Positions 61,992 to 64,000 of a stretch of DNA of 64,000 nt are shown piece after piece; positions within the stretch are counted from its first letter, which is position 1; each line of letters starts with the position of its first letter. The translations under genes were made by a program, and so were the position numbers. Source of the DNA: Deltaproteobacteria bacterium (GTDB taxonomy: Bacteria > JAMCPX01); the NCBI GenBank assembly GCA_023382265.1, contig JAMCPX010000015.1, positions 748-64,747 of the forward strand. The letters run 5' to 3'. The notes beneath the pieces are model-generated. The model was not told the origin of the DNA, did not search any database, and saw only the letters and a program-made list of their open reading frames with translations.

Positions 61992-63388
61992 TTTAATGTA
62001 TCCACAAGTGAAAAATCACTTAAGTCAATAACGTCAATGGAATTATCGATATAATTTAAAACATAAAGGTAGCGTTGATCCTGTGATAAAGCCATTGCAA
62101 ACGGCCCGTTGCCAACACCTATCCTTGCTATAACGGATTCCGAATTCGTATTGATCACATATATTGAACCGGAATTCAAGCATGCTGCGTACAATGTGGA
62201 TCCATCGGTGCTTAAAAGTAATGCATCAGGAGATTTTCCTACTTTTATGTATCTCTCAATAGTATTATCCGCCGTAGAGATGACTACGATACTATCAAGT
62301 CCTGTATAGCTCACGAAAAGCTTTGTTCCATCAGGCGTTATTACAGCATCTTTTGTTGCAGGTATTGCAGTAGCTGTACCTGTGCCGGGAAGGTTTGGTA
62401 TATTTATTAAACCTGTTGAAGCTGTAGTATAGAAAGTAAAGTTATCACCCGTTTTATAAGGAAGATTGGGAGGGTATATGGTAAAATTTACATAACCGTT
62501 ATCAGATGTGTACGGTATTCCTATCTGAGGGTGTTTTTGCATTAAACCTGAAACAGAACCTTCGGCATCAAAATCATTAGTTTCTGAACTAAATGTTATT
62601 GTCCATAATTCTGATTTTGTCTGGCAGTTTACGGTTTTAACAGAAGACATAGTTGCAGTATTATCGGGTGTAACAGTATTAAATACCGGCTGGCTGGCAG
62701 AACTGGGATACATTGGATTAAACTCGCACTGGTCATTCAATGATATTACCGAGATATTGTTATCATCACCCCGTGTTATATATCCGTACGTATCAGGTGC
62801 CTGGTTATTAACAGATATGGGGAATGGTATAACAGCAGCGAATAGCGGCAGAACGCCTGAGCCGTTATTTGTAAGATCAATCCTGTACAGCTCTTTTTTC
62901 TGATATGCAGAAACAACAGAAACATCATTTGATACCATATCGCATACCAGTAAGAGTTGATCTCCATTAACGTTCCCTGCCGACGTTATGGATATGGGAT
63001 CCTGATCAACCGCAACACTTCCGGTGATTGCATTAACAGAGGTATCAAATATTAAAACCCTATTATTTGATCTGTCGGTAATCCATAAAAGTCCATTATC
63101 TGAAAGATATGAGCTGCCTAATAAAGATATATCAGAACCATTGTAGTTTAACTTTATTGCTCCGGTATAAGCAGGCTTGATTGGATTTGAAAGGGATATC
63201 TTTGAAATAAAGCTTGAGCAATATTTTGTATCTTGATTACTATTTACAACGTACAGCATGTTACCGGGCATCATTACCATAGAAACAGGACCATCCATTG
63301 CATTTGACGGGACCGGAGTACATTTGGGCGTATAAACGCAATCACTCAGGAAAAAAAACATAAGTATGGAGATACTAATATGCTTCAT
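61988..63388 (-). CDS. Lipoprotein with YVTN-type beta-propeller repeats (paralogue 1)
   Basis: 466 aa from the internal ATG at 63388 (MKHISISILMFFFLSDC lipobox). The ATG overlaps the yidC TGA by 1 nt (TGATG). Repeats LYAACLNSGSIYVIN and LYVLNYIDNSIDVID. Confidence 0.6.
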   Translation of the reverse strand: MKHISISILMFFFLSDCVYTPKCTPVPSNAMDGPVSMVMMPGNMLYVVNSNQDTKYCSSFISKISLSNPIKPAYTGAIKLNYNGSDISLLGSSYLSDNGLLWITDRSNNRVLIFDTSVNAITGSVAVDQDPISITSAGNVNGDQLLLVCDMVSNDVSVVSAYQKKELYRIDLTNNGSGVLPLFAAVIPFPISVNNQAPDTYGYITRGDDNNISVISLNDQCEFNPMYPSSASQPVFNTVTPDNTATMSSVKTVNCQTKSELWTITFSSETNDFDAEGSVSGLMQKHPQIGIPYTSDNGYVNFTIYPPNLPYKTGDNFTFYTTASTGLINIPNLPGTGTATAIPATKDAVITPDGTKLFVSYTGLDSIVVISTADNTIERYIKVGKSPDALLLSTDGSTLYAACLNSGSIYVINTNSESVIARIGVGNGPFAMALSQDQRYLYVLNYIDNSIDVIDLSDFSLVDTLK

Positions 63389-64000
63389 CAATATTTTTTT
63401 AATATATAATATTGCTGGCCTATGCTGAATAGATTGTTTACTGTCCAGTAAAGAACAAGTCCGGCAGGTAAACCCCAAAAAATTACAGTTAACATTATAG
63501 GCATAATCCATAACAGCATTCTTGTTTGTGTTTGATCCATTGTCATAGGCGTTAACAATTGCTGAAAGAACATGGAAGCTCCCATAATCAAAGGTAGTAC
63601 GTGTATGCCTATTTGTTCGCCGTATAAACTGATAACAGCAATTGTATCCGGGACAGATAAGTTTTTTATCCACCATATAAAAGGTGCCTGTCTTAGTTCT
63701 ATAGAATTGAGAAGTAGTTCATATAATCCTATAAAAACGGGTATCTGTATCAACATCGGCAGGCAACCGCCGAAAGGGTTTACTTTATTACTTCTATACA
63801 GCGATGTAGTTTCTCTGTATAATTTTTCTTTATCGCCCTTGTATTTTTCCTGTATTTCCTTGAGCTTTGGCTGCAGATTTTGCATTTTTTTCATTGATTT
63901 GTAGCTTATTTGACCAAGCGGAAATAAAACTATCTTTATCAATATCGTAAATATAACAATGGTCCAGCCGTAATTATGGATAAAGTTATTTAAAAATTTA
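63388..64000 (-). CDS. yidC: Membrane protein insertase YidC, C-terminal part (5' end beyond the window)
   Basis: The frame is open to nt 64000 (..HNYGWTIVIFTILIKIVLFPL..). KMQNLQPKLKEIQEKYK..VNPFGGCLPMLIQIPVF conserved core. Confidence 0.9.
   Translation of the reverse strand, partial: KFLNNFIHNYGWTIVIFTILIKIVLFPLGQISYKSMKKMQNLQPKLKEIQEKYKGDKEKLYRETTSLYRSNKVNPFGGCLPMLIQIPVFIGLYELLLNSIELRQAPFIWWIKNLSVPDTIAVISLYGEQIGIHVLPLIMGASMFFQQLLTPMTMDQTQTRMLLWIMPIMLTVIFWGLPAGLVLYWTVNNLFSIGQQYYILKKY

Noticed and set aside
63389-63676. 96-aa N-terminal extension of the listed ORF 61988..63676.
   Set aside because: The extension overlaps the 3' end of yidC in another frame and is Cys/Asn-rich nonsense. 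The internal ATG at 63388 gives a clean lipoprotein signal peptide and abuts the yidC stop.
1-64000. Scanned for CRISPR-cas, retron/DGR reverse transcriptases, toxin-antitoxin pairs, prophage or integrase genes next to tRNA-Glu, and rRNA.
   Set aside because: No ORF shows RT, Cas, integrase or phage structural motifs. No direct repeat of the tRNA 3' end was noticed. The only defence-related trace is the PLD/helicase pseudogene.

Overview
A 64-kb chromosomal segment from a low-G+C diderm bacterium. By eye, most lines are about 30-40% G+C, with a few clearly richer islands. Coding density is about 90%. Lineage cannot be assigned without a database search. The gene content looks anaerobe-like: multihaem cytochromes, sigma-54 activators, an archaeal-type FBP aldolase/phosphatase, radical-SAM enzymes, and Kdo/heptosyl-transferase LPS genes.

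Contents from left to right:
- a window-truncated IS1634-like transposase abutting a GH5 glycosidase
- an NHL/IPT surface lipoprotein
- a UDP-HexNAcA / GDP-mannose sugar-nucleotide block
- housekeeping genes: meaB-like GTPase, DedA, waaA, AddB-like nuclease, OYE, FadL, sufCBD, glnE
- a 12-haem NapC-like cytochrome
- the most unusual locus (35.7-43.6 kb, minus strand): a putative sigma-54-driven operon encoding two GcvH-fold proteins without the lipoyl lysine, an NrfC/NrfD-type module, a tetrahaem cytochrome, a haem-motif sensor kinase, an archaemetzincin and an NtrC-type activator
- a decayed PLD/helicase defence-gene remnant
- B12-radical SAM, NAPRTase and FBP aldolase/phosphatase genes
- an LPS-core operon with an embedded radical-SAM/SPASM gene
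- tRNA-Glu(CUC)
- two paralogous beta-propeller lipoproteins translationally coupled to yidC

Several families of short intergenic repeats and hairpins are present, including a 101-nt element with a perfectly conserved 24-mer. No CRISPR array, rRNA, prophage, retron or DGR was recognised. All functional calls rest on motifs read from the supplied translations and on family knowledge; no searches were run.
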